From: Octopus vulgaris
Taxonomy: Eukaryota
Reading direction: 5' to 3'
Length of the DNA stretch: 64,000 nt
NCBI GenBank assembly: GCA_951406725.2
Contig: OX597816.1
Span: forward strand, 66,340,001 to 66,404,000
The position numbers and the translations under genes were made by a program. Positions 62,171-64,000 of this stretch are shown here, in pieces (the first letter of the stretch is position 1; every line of letters begins with the position of its first letter). Under the pieces are notes generated by a model. The model saw only the letters and a list, made by a program, of their open reading frames with translations. It was not told the origin of the DNA and made no database searches.

Positions 62171-63786
62171 TTTGTAATTACCCTGCCTTAACATCATGTG
62201 ATGTTTGTAAATAAATATACAAGTAATGTTATTGGTTTCCATACTTCTATGAAAATATATCTTGCCACAGGGAAATATTACTTTGCTTGGAAACAAGTGA
62301 GGATTGGTCATGAAAATTTACCTCAAACAAATTTCATCTAACCTGTACAACCATCGATGCTAAGTGGCAACTACAACGATGATAATGTATTTATTCAAAA
62401 TCTATTCGCACTTCAACAATTCAATTAATATTACTGCTGCATATGCAGCAAATATGTGAAATAACTTGCAAGGCAAAACTGCTGCTAATAACCTGTTATT
62501 AGTATTTCACAACAAAGTCTGCAACTAGGTTTCAGTTTCCATTTGAAACTATACTTCAAATGCAATAAGAGTGCAGCAGGTATTTTTAGGTAAGCTAACT
62601 AACTTATGCAGAGCAATATGCCTTAGCTATGCCCTACTTTAATTATATAAAAAAATTCTAAGGAATGAAGGCCACCATACACTGACTGAGATCACCTTAC
62701 CAGCTCACACAGTAGTCATCACAGAAATTTTCAGCCACACTAAATGAAGTTAGACAACAGATTTGATGAAACATAAAAAGCCTGTCAAACTAAATGTTCA
62801 TGCTGTAACAGCATGAACATTTGCAGCTTGGTTTCAGAAGAGAATGAAGTGAGACATATTAAGTGTACAGAACTTATCAGTTAAATCCAAACAGTTGATA
62901 AGCTTTCAATATTGTATGACTGTTGAAGCAGAGTTGGTAATTTTTTGTTTTAATTCTTAATTATCATTACTTTGGTTTGGAGGAAGCGGCTGTGGCCATA
63001 GCCTTTGCAGGCTCTTCCAAACATTTATATTATTTGGTTTGGCATGATTTCTATGGTCAAATGCCCTTCCTAATGCCAACCACTTCATAGTGTGTACTAG
63101 GTACTTTTTATGTAGCACCAGCACTAGTGAGGTTGCCATACAGTAGAGAGAGTTACAGTACGAGACAAGGGGCCAGAACAGAACTGGGTTCTTGAAGAGA
63201 AGCTACACACACACACATACATATGACGGGCTTCTTTTGGTTTCCATCTTCGCTCAGAGTGTAGTAAGCAGGCAATTTCAGGAGAGATATCTACAAGGAG
63301 GAAATTTCTAAGGGACAACATTTTGGGAAGAAAGGAATGGATATCGTGTTTAGTGTGGAACCTTTGACAAAGTAAACACAACATGACAGATGGAAAGAGA
63401 AGAGACACATGAATTTAGAGTACCTGAGTGGAGACAGCATGATAGTAGCCACCTCTGAAGAGAAGAGGTCATTGTAGTAGAAAAGACAGAGAGCGGGTAC
63501 AGCACATTTATGGGCCAGATGTGGGAGTATTTCTAGATGCGGTTACTTTAGCAACAGTTAAATATCATATAGGTGGAAAGTTAGAACTTTACACCATGAA
63601 GTAAGTAACTCAACAGCCTATCATGTTAACATCCACTTTTCCATGCTTGCAAGGGTTGGAAAGAGTTTATTGAAGAGGATTTTTTTTTATAGCCAGATGC
63701 CATTTCTTTCACCAACCCCAATCTATTTCCAAGCAAGGCAGTAGCTCTCTTTGGCTAGACATTTTTCTGTAGAATATTGCAAATAA

Positions 63787-63961
63787 AAAGCACCCACTAC
63801 ACTCGCAGAGTGGTTGGCGTTAGGAAGGGCATCCAGCTGTAGAAACACTGCCAGATCAGACTGGAGCCTGGAGCAGCCCCTGGCTCCCCAGACCCCAGTC
63901 GAACCATCCAACCCGTGCTAGCGCGGAAAATGGACGTTAAACGATGATGATGATGATGATG
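63787..63961 (+). mobile_element. RTE-tail SINE with (ATG)n
   Basis: Same tail as the 6750 copy and the RTE 3' end. Confidence 0.8.
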
Positions 63962-64000
63962 AATAACACTACTTGTATGACAGTGATGCTCATTTACAAC

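Overview
AT-rich eukaryotic genomic DNA. The repeat landscape (RTE LINEs with (ATG)n tails, matching SINEs, tRNA-derived SINEs) points to an octopus or other coleoid cephalopod; this is an inference. The whole window lies inside one large minus-strand gene, a VPS13D orthologue. I traced 36 coding exons (about 6.1 kb, about 2040 aa, 61922 down to 1107) with GT-AG borders and consistent phase; both gene ends lie outside the window. Introns contain RTE, CR1 and R4/Dong LINE fragments, SINEs, Helitron-like elements, piggyBac and Tc1/mariner MITEs, and a Tigger remnant. Most notable: (1) a ~1.8 kb near-perfect palindrome of a Penelope-like GIY-YIG element; (2) about five unrelated short Penelope-type sequences, several in (TA)n, each with a minimal hammerhead-ribozyme-like fold, a palindromic stem III and mostly non-canonical cores (including a compensatory G3:C8 swap); (3) several other fold-back TE hairpins and inverted SINE pairs near exons; (4) apparent absence of the UBA domain from this VPS13D. 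All calls were made by eye and none were checked against databases.
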